A stretch of DNA of 63,132 nt, filler included, from Octopus bimaculoides (taxonomy: Eukaryota), in assembly GCF_001194135.2 (NCBI RefSeq). It is 7 parts of 7 records of this genome, joined end to end, with 100 filler letters (N's around TTAATTAATTAA, not from the genome) between each part and the next. Parts side by side here need not be neighbours in the genome. Positions count along the whole stretch, not along the records: positions 55,903 to 63,132 come from NC_068996.1; 6 more parts are not named here. One strand, written 5' to 3'. Position numbers and translations under genes: made by a program. The notes beneath the pieces are model-generated. The model made no database searches. It saw nothing but the letters and a program-made list of their open reading frames with translations, and was not told the DNA's origin. This document shows, piece by piece, positions 62,841 through 63,132 of the stretch (the first letter of the stretch is position 1; each line of letters begins with the position of its first letter).

Positions 62841-62871
<31 letters not shown>

Positions 62872-62878
<7 letters not shown>

Positions 62879-63132
62879 ACTGGAAGAACGGTGGTAGCAT
62901 GGAATTGTACCAATCTGCCAGAAGGGAAGCTAGGCGACAGGTTTATTTAGCCAGAGAGGAAGCAGATAAGAAAAGATTTGCCAATGTTCTGCGCCGTGAG
63001 GACCAAAGACTCGAGGTATTTCGTGTTGCAAGACAGTGTAGGAGAGAGAATAGTGATGTTGTAGGAGAGAAATGTGTTCGCATGGATGATGGTACGCTTG
63101 CACTAAATGAGGCTGCAAAGAAAGAGGTCTGG
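62872..63132 (+). mobile_element. RTE-type LINE ORF2 fragment (EN-RT linker), open to the window end
   Basis: 87 uninterrupted codons YKDWKNGGSMELYQSARREARRQVYLAREEADKKRF...VFRVARQCRRENSDVVGEKCVRMDDGTL...KKEVW. Confidence 0.8.

Noticed and set aside
62930-63118. Minus-strand 62-aa ORF in the track
   Set aside because: Antisense to the open RTE-type frame on the plus strand

Overview
Gene-poor, repeat-saturated animal DNA. The SINE, LINE and microsatellite content resembles Octopus or another coleoid cephalopod (inferred from recalled repeat sequences, not checked). The window is not one locus. Six identical 100-bp spacers (44 N + TTAATTAATTAA + 44 N) join seven sequence pieces: 1-23719, 23820-28152, 28253-40831, 40932-47082, 47183-53043, 53144-55802 and 55903-63132. 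There are also many ordinary N gaps. I find no intact host protein-coding gene, tRNA, rRNA or CRISPR array, and nearly all ORFs in the track are microsatellite or N-gap translations. Recognisable content is decayed mobile DNA: two convergent Helitron coding relics and a small non-autonomous Helitron; several mariner/Tc1 relics; Tc1-, piggyBac- and foldback-type MITEs; RLE-type (R4/Dong-like) LINE fragments; RTE, Tx1-like and possibly CR1 LINE fragments; a Penelope-like element abutting a Gypsy pol relic; and several tRNA-derived SINE families built from shared modules. The most interesting observations are (1) several hammerhead-ribozyme-like folds, the best in a Penelope 3' repeat and others paired inside palindromic elements, and (2) two RLE LINE lineages that appear tied to different microsatellites, (AAT)n and (CATA)n. 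I do not see strong evidence for a wholly new biological system. These are leads, mostly within known transposon biology.
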